From positions 64,001-128,000 of the forward strand of contig CAXXJS010000031.1 of the NCBI GenBank assembly GCA_963662665.2: DNA of 64,000 nt, read 5' to 3'. The notes below the pieces were generated by a model, which worked only from the letters and a program-made list of their open reading frames with translations, was not told the DNA's origin and did not search any database. Below, one piece after another: positions 27,941 to 37,623 of this stretch (the first letter of the stretch is position 1; each line of letters opens with the position of its first letter). The stretch comes from Candidatus Latescibacterota bacterium. Its GTDB lineage: Bacteria > Latescibacterota > UBA2968 > GCA-2709665. The translations under genes and the position numbers were made by a program.

Positions 27941-28181
27941 TCTGCATCCTCAAGTAATCCAATCCCTCAGTCGAGAGTTCGAGATATGATTCGATCTGCC
28001 ATCGCTGTACTGAAGGAAATTCCTTGAGATACCCCTCGATCGAATACCCCCCCTTAAGATAACACACAAGGCTGTCTACAGGGACCCTCGTACCTGCGAA
28101 AACGAGGTCTCCACTGTGGATTTCAGGATCACGTGAAACAACCTTTTCCAGATCTATCGTGTTTCGCTCTCGATGCGCCAT
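27921..28181 (-). CDS. DUF433 family antitoxin
   Basis: SRDPEIHSGDLVFAGTRVPV..FPSV; overlaps the DUF5615 gene. Confidence 0.88.
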   Translation of the reverse strand: MAHRERNTIDLEKVVSRDPEIHSGDLVFAGTRVPVDSLVCYLKGGYSIEGYLKEFPSVQRWQIESYLELSTEGLDYLRMQNAGASR

Positions 28182-28517
28182 CACGAAATCTCCGGTTTTA
28201 GCCACAATCCGAAAAAAACAGCAACACGGCGACGCGACGAAACCCCCTGAAACGGGGCGTAACGGGCGTCAAAAAGGACGTTTTTTCAGTTCACGTCCAG
28301 TGACCTGGTGTATCCTGGTAATCAGAAGTTAAATCACCTTTATCTACTTGCATTTATTCGGTTTTACTTTCCCGAAGAATTACGAATCAAGGTTTGTCAT
28401 CTCAATCGTGAGTCACGTCTGAATTGCCTTGGAAATATACGGTCCGTGGAATCAAGATACAAGGCCCGAGGACATTTATTCCAAGTGAATTCGGTTCCTC
28501 ACTCGAAACACGCGGCA

Positions 28518-29237
28518 CTACCAGTGCGAATCCCCAAGATGCCCCTTCAATTCCAGCCCGAGCGCGCCAGCGATTCTTTCTGCGAAGGCGCGTACGCCGG
28601 GCAACTCGGTATAGTTGTGCGAAAACACGAGGACGTTCACCTTTCGGTGTTTCCCGTACACCAGCAGATAGAGATTCGTCTCCCCCGTGACGTACAGATC
28701 GATATCGTATTGCAACGCGTCCCGTAAAAGTGTGGTATAGATACCCGCACCCGTTACCGTGCCTACCCTGCGCACGGGACGGTTCGCGTCATGCTCTCTA
28801 CAGGGCTCCTCTTATAGCAATGCGGTCAGTCTCTCGCGCACCGCGGTCAGTGGTACGGATTCGGGGAGTTCGCCCACCCTTCCCTCCGCATGCTTCAAAA
28901 CTGCCACCGGTACACAGCCGATCTCCGACAGCAGTGTTGCAGAGGTCCCGAATTCTGCCAGGTCCAGCGGGAGGTGCGCCCACACGTGCGTGAGTCCGTT
29001 TTCCTTCAAGAGAGATTGGACCTGCTCCCGCTGCTCGAACATGAAATCCCAGGCATCATGATGAGTGACAATAAGGTCCACGCCTCGATCGGTTGCCGTA
29101 CGTATCACATCCGGCGTTATTGTGGTCGAGTACCCCGCCGCCGTCGGATGGTCGCAATAGCCGGCAATCCCCCACTCATCCGGGTGTGCGTCCAGCAATT
29201 CCCTGGTAAACAGACCGTCCATTATTTCCCGAATCAT
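28518..29237 (-). pseudogene. NIF3-like dinuclear metal-centre protein with an in-frame TAA at 28812-28814
   Basis: DLIVTHH, HLPLD, then in the same frame after the stop VGTVTGAG, DLYVTGE, HNYTE. Confidence 0.8.
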
Positions 29238-29351
29238 GGTTCTGCCCCTCACCGTTCCGGTCTATACAGAAAGGCGTGCCGTCATCGCCAATGGGTCCAT
29301 GGCGGGAAAATCCACACACTTGTGTGTGTGGATTGTGCCAGGCCCCGTACA

Positions 29352-30239
29352 TCACAGGACCATCCACACGCCCCCCACACAGAGTACCACGCCCCCCACC
29401 AGCCGCAGCGTCAGCTTCTCCTTCAGAAAAACGACCGCCATCAACAGACCCATAACCGGTGAGACTGACGCAAGGGTGGCCATCTTGGCGGGTCCGATCC
29501 GGCTGATCGCCATCAAGTACAGCATGGAACCCGCGCCAACGCCGACGATGCCGCTGGCGCCCACGACAATCAGCGCCCGCCGGTCGATATCCCGGATACG
29601 CATAACCGGACCCGTCCACGCCCTGGCCAGGAAGAGTACCGCGGCGGTGAGCGGCACGCGGACGCTGTTGGCCTGTATGGACGTCAGATTCGCAATCGCC
29701 GGTTTGAGCATAACCGTACTCAAACCCCAAAGCAGGCAGGCGAACAGCGCCAGGAACATGCCTAGCGCGAGCCTATCGGGACGCTCACCGGAGGGCTGCC
29801 GGGCCCGGCTCGAAAGAAAGACCACCCCCACCGTAACCAGACAGATCCCGAGAAAGAACTTCCGGCTGAATGGATTGTCCAGCAGGGCCCACTCGAAGAA
29901 AAACGTGGACAGGGGAAACGTCCCCGACAGCGCCATCGCGCGCGACACGCCGATTTCTTTGATCGCCGCCAGGTACATCGTTTCGCCCATGGCCATTCCG
30001 ATCAGCAGCCCGCCCACCAGGAGCGCCCACTCCGTTCCGGTTACGTGCTCGTAACTGGAAAGGGGCGGTCCGAAGGGGAGCAGCGCCCAGAAAAAGACCG
30101 TGGCCACGGCGCACCGGATGCCGTTCATCATCGCCGGCGGGATCGCCTGCGACTGCGTGCGGACCATCAGGCTGTTCAGCGCCCAGACGAACGAGCACGA
30201 CAGTCCGAAAACCTCGCCGGCAGAGATCGAGAACTCCAA
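29352..30239 (-). CDS. DMT/EamA family transporter
   Basis: Two EamA repeats, about 10 TM segments, AVVFLKEKL. Confidence 0.88.
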   Translation of the reverse strand: MEFSISAGEVFGLSCSFVWALNSLMVRTQSQAIPPAMMNGIRCAVATVFFWALLPFGPPLSSYEHVTGTEWALLVGGLLIGMAMGETMYLAAIKEIGVSRAMALSGTFPLSTFFFEWALLDNPFSRKFFLGICLVTVGVVFLSSRARQPSGERPDRLALGMFLALFACLLWGLSTVMLKPAIANLTSIQANSVRVPLTAAVLFLARAWTGPVMRIRDIDRRALIVVGASGIVGVGAGSMLYLMAISRIGPAKMATLASVSPVMGLLMAVVFLKEKLTLRLVGGVVLCVGGVWMVL

Positions 30240-30441
30240 TATGAAGCCCCACGCGCGTTCTGAGGGTCAATACACGATTATTCGGGGGAGGTGATTTCGA
30301 GATTCGATGGCCGGTGACAGCCGTTCGGATGGTATGGTGCAAACGCCTGTCTGGGCCTCCGGTTGACAGGTGGAACCCGCGGTGAAGCGGCGTTCGCGTC
30401 TCTTCACAACATCGGCCGGCCGGTGCGCCTGGCTGCAGCGA

Positions 30442-30849
30442 TCAGACTTCGTACTTTCGGCTGACAATGGGTACGCCGGGCTCGTTGGCGATAACGTAGA
30501 AGACCAGGTCGTCGGTGTCGCTGGCGTTCCGGATCCGGTGCCGGGTGCCGGCCGGCTGCATGAAACAGTCTCCGGCGACGGCTTCGGTGGACTCCCCTTC
30601 GCGATCCACCACGGCCCGGCCGGATACGACAATGAAGAACTCCCACATCCGGTCGTGCGAATGCACGGGACACGGACGCGCGCCCGGGGGAAGACGGGTC
30701 AGTTCCACGTCGAATGGATGCGGCGTTTCCGGGGTGTTTCCCATGGCAACGGAGACATGGCGGCGAAATCGTTCGTAGTTTCCAGTACTCCACGTCCACT
30801 TCTGATGTTCTTCAGGCACGTCGTCCAGATTGATTTTCCATGGGGTCAT
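30442..30849 (-). CDS. Cupin domain protein
   Basis: PVHSH..EFFIVVSG, GDCFMQPAGTRH. Confidence 0.85.
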   Translation of the reverse strand: MTPWKINLDDVPEEHQKWTWSTGNYERFRRHVSVAMGNTPETPHPFDVELTRLPPGARPCPVHSHDRMWEFFIVVSGRAVVDREGESTEAVAGDCFMQPAGTRHRIRNASDTDDLVFYVIANEPGVPIVSRKYEV

Positions 30850-30918
30850 GAGTCGCTTGCCTCCTGCTGTGGTTTATTGTTTTCAATCGGACTGCTCCGA
30901 AAACGTGGATCACCGAGC

Positions 30919-31249
30919 TTAGCAGTCCGTTGAAAAAGTCGCTCTGCAGGCGAGGCATGGTGTCCCGTCCCGGAAATATGTCACCATTCATCCGCCGATT
31001 CATCCCGTCTGGCGGCGTTGCCTTCGCTCGGTGACCCTGGGCAGGTCGCCTGGCTCAGGCGCCTTGCCAGCCGGGCGACTCGGCAGTCGAATTTCGGCAA
31101 TCTATTTCCGCGACAGAACACTGCCATTGTGGTCGAAGACAAGGCGCGCGACCGCGTCGAATCGCGGGATTCGGCAAGGGAGCGCAACGCAGTAATTCGG
31201 CCACAAGGGCCGGACGTAGTCCGGATGGACTTTTTCAACGGGCTGTTAG
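30919..31249. mobile_element. MITE-like element, copy 2 (longest, 331 bp, inverted relative to copies 1 and 3)
   Basis: Imperfect TIRs of about 20 bp, TAGCAGTCCGTTGAAAAAGTC and GACTTTTTCAACGGGCTGTTA; no transposase ORF. Confidence 0.8.
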
Positions 31250-31461
31250 GGCTGGCGTCGGAAGTTTAAGGAAGACAGCGCTTCAATATCGTCATTCCGT
31301 AATGCCTGGGTTGTTCCTCGACGGCGCGTGAGAAATCTCCCTCGGGGATGGTGTTTATGACGTTGTCTGCTGCGGAGGGTGGGCCGGTAGCAGATATCTG
31401 TCGGACGTATCTACCCGTGGCGACGAGGTAGTGGCATTGCCGATAATATTGAGCCTACTAT

Positions 31462-31641
31462 CTATTCTGGCTGACCAACGTATTCGACTCGCTTTGGCGG
31501 GAGGGTAGTAAACTCCCTCCCGCTGGTTTTTTCTCGCTCCTTAATGTCTCTATATATGGCAGGCAGATCATAGTTGAACTTCCTGGCATTCGCTTCCCGT
31601 ATCTTCCTTACTTCCTCCAGAACCGAATCTCGCCTCATCAC
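31462..31641 (-). CDS. Small hypothetical protein (antitoxin-like, orphan here)
   Basis: DSVLEEVRKIREANARKFNYDLPAIYRDI; RBS AGGAGG. Confidence 0.7.
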   Translation of the reverse strand: MMRRDSVLEEVRKIREANARKFNYDLPAIYRDIKEREKTSGREFTTLPPKRVEYVGQPE

Positions 31642-31847
31642 GTCATTCCTCCTGTGGTGCCTGGCCACGGATCTCTGCTGCCCTGTTAGCCGCTGATGAG
31701 TGAACTCAGGATCGAAACATTATCCGGGGCTGTACTCATCGGTCTACAATGTCAATATGCCTGATTCCTCTGCGGAGTTTAGTCAGTAGTCTCTTCGCAA
31801 ACCGATTGGACCAACTATCCTGGTGTCAGCCAACTCTTCGGCAGACT

Positions 31848-32270
31848 CTAAGAATCCTCCAACCGCTTCAGGAAATCATCTGGCGTGAGAATCTCAATCC
31901 CACGAAAGGGACTCAACGCCAGCAAATCGGCATCACCACTGATGATATGATCTGCTGATCCACTTACAGCCAGTTCGAGGAACTTATCATCTTTTGGATC
32001 TCGGCAGATCCTGATTTGGGCGCCAGGTTCGATGAATCTTGCACGCCCGACTAACGCTTGAAGGAATTCGTCCCGATCCTTCTCGGTCACATATCGCAGA
32101 AATTTCTCCCGACTCATCACCGCGGCTATTTCCTCTAATGCCGACAGGGATAGCAACACCTGACCGTTTTGAAGCGCATTCCGAAACGCTTGACCCGGCT
32201 TCGAATGCTCAAGAATGAGCGCACTGACAAGCACATTAGTGTCGAAAACATAGCGTGCATTACTGTTCAT
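31848..32270 (-). CDS. PIN-family toxin component (TIGR00305-like)
   Basis: VFDTNVLVSA, CRDPKDDKFLELA, IISGDADLL. Confidence 0.9.
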   Translation of the reverse strand: MNSNARYVFDTNVLVSALILEHSKPGQAFRNALQNGQVLLSLSALEEIAAVMSREKFLRYVTEKDRDEFLQALVGRARFIEPGAQIRICRDPKDDKFLELAVSGSADHIISGDADLLALSPFRGIEILTPDDFLKRLEDS

Positions 32271-32487
32271 TCAGGATGGACTCCAGAATCTCTGGTGTCA
32301 TTCCTCGTTCTCGTGCCTTGCGGCTGATCTCGCTCATAACCACTTCAAGAGGCTTTTCCGCCCGTCCCACGTCGCTAAGCTTGAGGCTGAGCAGGGCATT
32401 CAACTTGCGTTGTTCTACTTCGTTCGCAGTCTCGTAAGCTTGAGCCGCTTCAGTGCTGACACGAATTCGAATAACTCTTGTTTCCAT
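32260..32487 (-). CDS. Putative antitoxin
   Basis: 75 aa ending ISRKARERGMTPEILESIL; overlaps the PIN gene start. Confidence 0.75.
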   Translation of the reverse strand: METRVIRIRVSTEAAQAYETANEVEQRKLNALLSLKLSDVGRAEKPLEVVMSEISRKARERGMTPEILESILNEQ

Positions 32488-32719
32488 ATCGTTCTCCATT
32501 TCAATTTTCAACCAGTCGGATCTCAAAATACACAGTTCAAATTTACCCTTACGCTCACCGATCAACAAGGCAAATTCCGAGTCAACGAATTTTTCCGGTC
32601 CATCCAGCGCCGACTGCAAGAGTCCGGGCAAAGGGCGCGTTTGCACAGACTCACTCAACGTTTTGGGAAATTCGGATTCAAGAAAACAAGGTGACGTGCC
32701 GCAACCAGGTACGTAGGTG

Positions 32720-33475
32720 TCAGCCGGATTTCCCGTCCTTCCGCATCAGGAAGCCCGCGTCCCGCCGATCACGGCGATAGGTTGAACTGTACAGGATCCT
32801 GAAACCCGCCGCGGTCAGTTCCTCTCGATAGCCCTTCAGGCTGCGCGGGCGCCCCATCAGAAATACGCTCTTGCCTGGTACGTTCTGCCAACCGGTTCCC
32901 TGTCGCTTTTGAAGAGGAACGCCGGCAGTGTTGGCGCCCGTTTTCCTGGAGAATTCAGCGAACGAATCCACACGACCTTCAAAGGCCTCGGGGTCGTGAG
33001 ACCCGAACAGGATGAAATATCCTCCGCCCCGCATGATCCCCATTACGTTTCTGAGATAGCGCTTCCGGTGAGCGTCGACAACCAGCATATGGAAGCAATA
33101 GCAGTCGACTACGACGTCGAAGCCCCCGTCGGGCAACGTATCCGGATCCAATGCATCCGCGACCCGGAATCCCGCATCTGCGCCAACTTCGGCAGACCGC
33201 TGTCTCGCGCGTTCAACGGCGGCCTCCGAGACGTCGACACCCAGGTACCGATATCCCATCCCGGCCAGGAAGATCCCGACCGTGCCGTCTCCGCATCCCA
33301 GATCCAGTATCCCGGTTTCCGCTGCCGAATGCGGGATTCTGCGAAGCATTCCCTCAAGAGGCTTGAGATCGCCCTTCTGAGATGCGCCTTCGCCAAGGTA
33401 CGTGAATCCTTCCTCATAGGCGACACGATAGTTGTGATCGTACGCCCTATAGTACGACCTGTCGTCAAACTTCAA
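32720..33475 (-). CDS. Class I SAM-dependent methyltransferase
   Basis: ILDLGCGDG, GVDVSEAAV, FDVVVDCYCFH; TTG start inferred. Confidence 0.82.
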   Translation of the reverse strand: MKFDDRSYYRAYDHNYRVAYEEGFTYLGEGASQKGDLKPLEGMLRRIPHSAAETGILDLGCGDGTVGIFLAGMGYRYLGVDVSEAAVERARQRSAEVGADAGFRVADALDPDTLPDGGFDVVVDCYCFHMLVVDAHRKRYLRNVMGIMRGGGYFILFGSHDPEAFEGRVDSFAEFSRKTGANTAGVPLQKRQGTGWQNVPGKSVFLMGRPRSLKGYREELTAAGFRILYSSTYRRDRRDAGFLMRKDGKSG

Positions 33476-33489
33476 TTCAACGCTCCCAT

Positions 33490-33753
33490 CTAATGCGAAT
33501 ACGACGTGGACACGCTCCTGTTCCCTATGATCGCAGACAGGATTCCGAGGAACAATGCCAGCTTCAGGGATGCGAACCATGAAATCTCACCCGCGACGAG
33601 TCCCTGTTCAACGGCGCCGGGGAAGAGATCGGGAATCGTCCACGCCCAGAGGATCTTGATGAGGAACAGCGCGGCGAAGATGACCCCTGCCGCCACGAAG
33701 AGAAATCCCTGTAACGCCGCTGCCACGCCTGCCGCAATCCAACCCTTTTTCAT
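33490..33753 (-). CDS. Small membrane protein
   Basis: Hydrophobic segments around WAWTIPDLFPGAVEQGLVA; RBS GGAG. Confidence 0.7.
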   Translation of the reverse strand: MKKGWIAAGVAAALQGFLFVAAGVIFAALFLIKILWAWTIPDLFPGAVEQGLVAGEISWFASLKLALFLGILSAIIGNRSVSTSYSH

Positions 33754-34066
33754 ATTCGTCTCCGTTTTAATTGGCATACGCCGATAATGGTTGACGAATC
33801 CCTTTTCGAAACCGCCCATCCCATCTTCGCGCAACTTCGGCACGAATCAACCGTTGGCAGGTCGATCCTGCCATCTGTTCATTCCTTTCAACGTTTGCTC
33901 GTCGGTGTCCGCTGATTCCTGCTCTTGTATTATACACAAAAACGACCTCGATCGAGGCCGCTTTTTTCTTTCATTATATGTTGGATCCGACTGTGGCGAT
34001 GGGGCCCGACGGCGCGTCATGTTACTCCGCTGACGGAGTCGGTTCCCGCCGCCTAGCGTTACGATC

Positions 34067-37000
34067 CTACGGCTTGACGGGTTTCAGAGCGTGGGTTCGG
34101 GTATCAAATTCGCTGCCGGTGAGCAGCCGGGAAAGTGTGTTGGTCATCCGGACGACAATTCGGTTCCTCGCGGGTTTGAGCCATTCGGTTCGACCCGTCC
34201 ACTTGTATGGCGCCCAGGCTCTTGTCCCGAGGGAGCGGCCGTTTATGGCGACCTCTACAATATCCGAGACGTCTTTGAGTTCCTCCTCGAGCGAGAATAC
34301 AAACTGTTCGGTCTCCGGGGGGTCGCTGAACGTCGTATCTTTTGTATACACAACCGTACCCGCATAATAGGGCATTTTCTGCTCGTCGAGTTCGCCCGGA
34401 AAACCACGGTCGACCGGAACGACCATTCGGAGATAGTGGTTGAGCCAGCGCCTGACCCCGAATTTCCCGAAAAGGTAAAAGGAGTCGACCAGGCCCTGAT
34501 TGAGATCGTCGAGTTCCACGCGGATGGCCAGGACGTTTCTGCCTGTGGTAACGCGACGCACAACCGCGCAAGTGACGTTGTTATGGTCGTATCGGAACGT
34601 GGGCCGGAAGGCTTTTCCGGGCAGACGGACTCCGTTCAGGTAGATCTGGTAATTGCCCAGAATGGCGCTGCGGTCCATCACAAGGGAGAGCTTTGAAGGC
34701 ACCACGTCGGCGGAGAATGCGGTTCTGAACCAGCAGACCAGGGGAAATTCGATGCCCGGGCCGGCGGTCTGACCCGGCCCGCCGCTATTGAACGTGAACG
34801 GCAGGTTGGAAAGCGTCGGCAGATTCCCGATCTGTTCCACCATCGGTTTGGGGGTGACGGAAGTCCAGCGGTTGTCCCGGTAACCCGGTCTGTGCCAGCC
34901 CTGCTCGATTCCCTTGTCCTGAGGATCGAGTTGCATCTGGAACCTGTCCATGCGCAGGCAGTTGTCCTCTTCGGGATCGACCTTCCACCCGCCGTCCGAA
35001 TCGGGGCGCAAAACCGCCGCCGTTTCCACTTCGGTCCGGGGCTGGGGTTTGTCTTCCGAAGCAACAATAAGGTGGGATTGCAACCGTTCAAAGTCGAGGT
35101 CCAGCGTGACCCTATCACCTTCCCGGTCCGACATTAATGAGGTCCGCCTGCCGGTTTCCAGGTCCCAACGTTCCATTTTCCGGCGTTTTGACGGTACCCT
35201 GATTGTGATCCGGGAAGCAAAGGCGTTTCGATCGGTATTCGTAAAAAAGAACAGATCTTCCTTTGGCGTTTCTCTCCGCTGCGCCAGGATCGCCGAACCG
35301 TTCTCTTTGTCGGTTTCGACAATCACGTCAGGAGGAAGGATGCGGCGGAGCAAATCGCCGAGCATACGGGCGCCGCGGTTTTTTTCGACGGACCCACCCG
35401 TTCGAATGAAGTAGAGGTCTCCCCTCTGAATGAGATGGACGCCCAGTTCGTGGCCGATATAGTCGCGCCTCATTCTGCCTGGCTCCATATCGGTAAGCCG
35501 GGAAAACGCCTCGACGACCGACGGGCCTTCCTGAATGTCTTCAATTGGCAGCAGGCCGAGACAGATCACTCTGCCGCCGGCGTTAATAAACTGCCGGATG
35601 CGTTCAAACGCGTCTCGCTCAAGGTTTGTGACGGGCGGCAGGATGAGCACGTCGTAGCTGGCGACGTCTGTCTGCAGCCGGTCACCGGCAATTCGCGCCG
35701 TCGCCAACGTTTCCGGGTCCAGGGAGTCGAAATCCCGCTGCATCCGGCAAAGGGATTCTATCAGGTACGCCCAATCCGAGGCGAGCCTCTGGGTCAGCTT
35801 GGCCTCGTCCTCGTCGTAGCCGATATATTCCCATCCGAGGCCGGGGCTGCCCAGGTGCGCCCAGAGACTCGTCACAGGATCGAGAAGGGCAATATTCGCC
35901 CGTCGACGTCCCTGGCTGAGGACGTATGAAAGGCGTCCGGCGTAGTCCGCTAGAAGCCGGAAATGTTTCCAATAGGGATTCTGATGGAAAATCGAAGGCG
36001 GATTGTGATGTTTGCGCAACCCGTCCAGCGTGTAGGACAATCCCCGTGCGTGAAACAGGTTTGCGCCGAGAGCGCCCATCCGGTCGATCGTCCATTTCAT
36101 ATCCTGAAGCGTGAGAGACCAGCCGGTGTCCTGGAAACAGGTGTTGAAGGCCCGGCCTCCGTCGTGGACGGACACGGAGAACCTGGGGTTGCGGCGAAAA
36201 GCGGCGGCCTGTGCGTCCCCGTCTCTGAAACCTCCCACCTTTTCGCCTCCGCCGCTCGTACCCGGTATGTGCACGTTGCGCCTGTGGGCGTTCCTGAAAA
36301 CAGTGACGTCGGCCGCGTGCAGCACGTTGTGTTTCGCGCACCACTTCTCCAGGACTTTATGGAAGTTGTCTCTAAGCGTCTCACTCAGGGTCTGGAAGTA
36401 GTCGTATCGAATCCGTGCCGTATTCGGGCCAAAATAGGTCATCAGTGCGGGGAGGCAGTTGAGCAGGTCGTACCGGTTGCGCTCCTGAAATACCCGGGGC
36501 AACGTGGGAGACCAGGGCCATCTGCCCGGAATGGAAGACGCCTCGGTGGTTAAAATGCCCTGGATCACGCCGCCAAACCTGTCCGGCAACCCACTGGCGT
36601 ACCGTTCGTGCGTGGTTTCGAGAAAACTGGCGACGGCTTCCGCGTTAAATGGATCGAAATGGATTCCATGAGACTCCGCCGCATCGCTCTCCCGCTGTAT
36701 GAAGACGAGTACTCTCCAGCGTCCGGGCGGCGCCTTCCAGAACAGCCGATGCGTGACGTGCCGGGCGAGGAATCGCTTATTGTGGTATGCCGCGGCGTCC
36801 GTGTGCTCTCTGTAAATCTCGTGACGCTGATTTGCGCCGATATGGTCCCCTATATCGGCCACACTCTCCCAGAGGCAACGGTCCCGTTTGAGCGGAACTG
36901 CGAGCGCGCGCAATACAGTGCCCCACGGCAATTCCATGTCCACCTGCTGCCCGCCCTGAACGGTGATTTCATCAAAGGTGAGGTGCTGAGCCCGATACTG

Positions 37001-37306
37001 CGGGTAACCCAACGAAACCTGGCCGCCGCTGATGCTGTGGGGATGGGGGTATTCGCCCTGCAGCCAGACCTGGAGGCCGCACTCCCGGGCGGTTTCCACC
37101 GCCAGTCGAACACGATCGAACCAGACTTTGGAGAGGTATGGAATGCGCAGCCCCGGCCCCGCGGAGAGACAGAATCCGCCCAGACCCTTCTCGCTCATTT
37201 CCCGGATCTGGCGCAGGATCTCACTTTCCTCGATGGTGCTGTTCCAGTTCCAGGAAGGCAGAATTCGATACGGCGCCGGTGGATTGAGGAATGTGCTGGT
37301 GTCCAT
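34067..37306 (-). CDS. Large glycoside hydrolase-like protein (GH106 / alpha-L-rhamnosidase-like architecture)
   Basis: FLNPPAPYR, RQIREMSEKGLGGF, GLRIPYLS, RIRYDY, GLRKHHNPPS, YYAGTV, C-terminal beta-sandwich with AWAPY and TNTL. Confidence 0.75.
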   Translation of the reverse strand: MDTSTFLNPPAPYRILPSWNWNSTIEESEILRQIREMSEKGLGGFCLSAGPGLRIPYLSKVWFDRVRLAVETARECGLQVWLQGEYPHPHSISGGQVSLGYPQYRAQHLTFDEITVQGGQQVDMELPWGTVLRALAVPLKRDRCLWESVADIGDHIGANQRHEIYREHTDAAAYHNKRFLARHVTHRLFWKAPPGRWRVLVFIQRESDAAESHGIHFDPFNAEAVASFLETTHERYASGLPDRFGGVIQGILTTEASSIPGRWPWSPTLPRVFQERNRYDLLNCLPALMTYFGPNTARIRYDYFQTLSETLRDNFHKVLEKWCAKHNVLHAADVTVFRNAHRRNVHIPGTSGGGEKVGGFRDGDAQAAAFRRNPRFSVSVHDGGRAFNTCFQDTGWSLTLQDMKWTIDRMGALGANLFHARGLSYTLDGLRKHHNPPSIFHQNPYWKHFRLLADYAGRLSYVLSQGRRRANIALLDPVTSLWAHLGSPGLGWEYIGYDEDEAKLTQRLASDWAYLIESLCRMQRDFDSLDPETLATARIAGDRLQTDVASYDVLILPPVTNLERDAFERIRQFINAGGRVICLGLLPIEDIQEGPSVVEAFSRLTDMEPGRMRRDYIGHELGVHLIQRGDLYFIRTGGSVEKNRGARMLGDLLRRILPPDVIVETDKENGSAILAQRRETPKEDLFFFTNTDRNAFASRITIRVPSKRRKMERWDLETGRRTSLMSDREGDRVTLDLDFERLQSHLIVASEDKPQPRTEVETAAVLRPDSDGGWKVDPEEDNCLRMDRFQMQLDPQDKGIEQGWHRPGYRDNRWTSVTPKPMVEQIGNLPTLSNLPFTFNSGGPGQTAGPGIEFPLVCWFRTAFSADVVPSKLSLVMDRSAILGNYQIYLNGVRLPGKAFRPTFRYDHNNVTCAVVRRVTTGRNVLAIRVELDDLNQGLVDSFYLFGKFGVRRWLNHYLRMVVPVDRGFPGELDEQKMPYYAGTVVYTKDTTFSDPPETEQFVFSLEEELKDVSDIVEVAINGRSLGTRAWAPYKWTGRTEWLKPARNRIVVRMTNTLSRLLTGSEFDTRTHALKPVKP

Positions 37307-37377
37307 TATACGGCTGGCCTGTTGCAAATAGGCGCGGCGGATAAAGGCAAGTCGTGCACGCGTGTCGTCACTGGTTG

Positions 37378-37623
37378 CTAAACCTGCGCCGCGCAAGTCT
37401 CACAGAGATACGTTACCGTTCGGTAACGTTCCGCGAGGCGTGTGAATTTGATCCGGCCCTCTCTTTGCCCGCAACGCTCGCAGGGGCGCTCGAGGGGAGG
37501 TGTCGATCCGGCAGCGGGCAACGCTTCGCAGACCTCACATCGGTAGGCGGTCTGTTTCTCGCCATTCAATACCCGGGTGGAGACCCGTGTGGCGGGACGC
37601 TTTTCACACGTTTCACAGAGCAC
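37378..37623 (-). CDS. Small Cys-rich protein, tandem McsA-N-like zinc fingers
   Basis: CETC..RPAT..CEVC and CERC..LCETCA (four CxxC motifs). Confidence 0.65.
   Translation of the reverse strand: MLCETCEKRPATRVSTRVLNGEKQTAYRCEVCEALPAAGSTPPLERPCERCGQREGRIKFTRLAERYRTVTYLCETCAAQV

Noticed and set aside
28812-28814. Stop-codon recoding
   Set aside because: The codon is TAA, which other genes here use as a normal stop; a nonsense mutation is simpler.
31290-31345. REP-like fragment GTCATTCCG...GAGAAATCTC
   Set aside because: Single degenerate copy without a complete palindrome.
31685-31745. Hammerhead ribozyme-like core (CTGATGAG...CGAAAC)
   Set aside because: Stems I and II cannot be formed convincingly, and the CTGATGAG is sequestered in a simple hairpin with ACTCATCGG.
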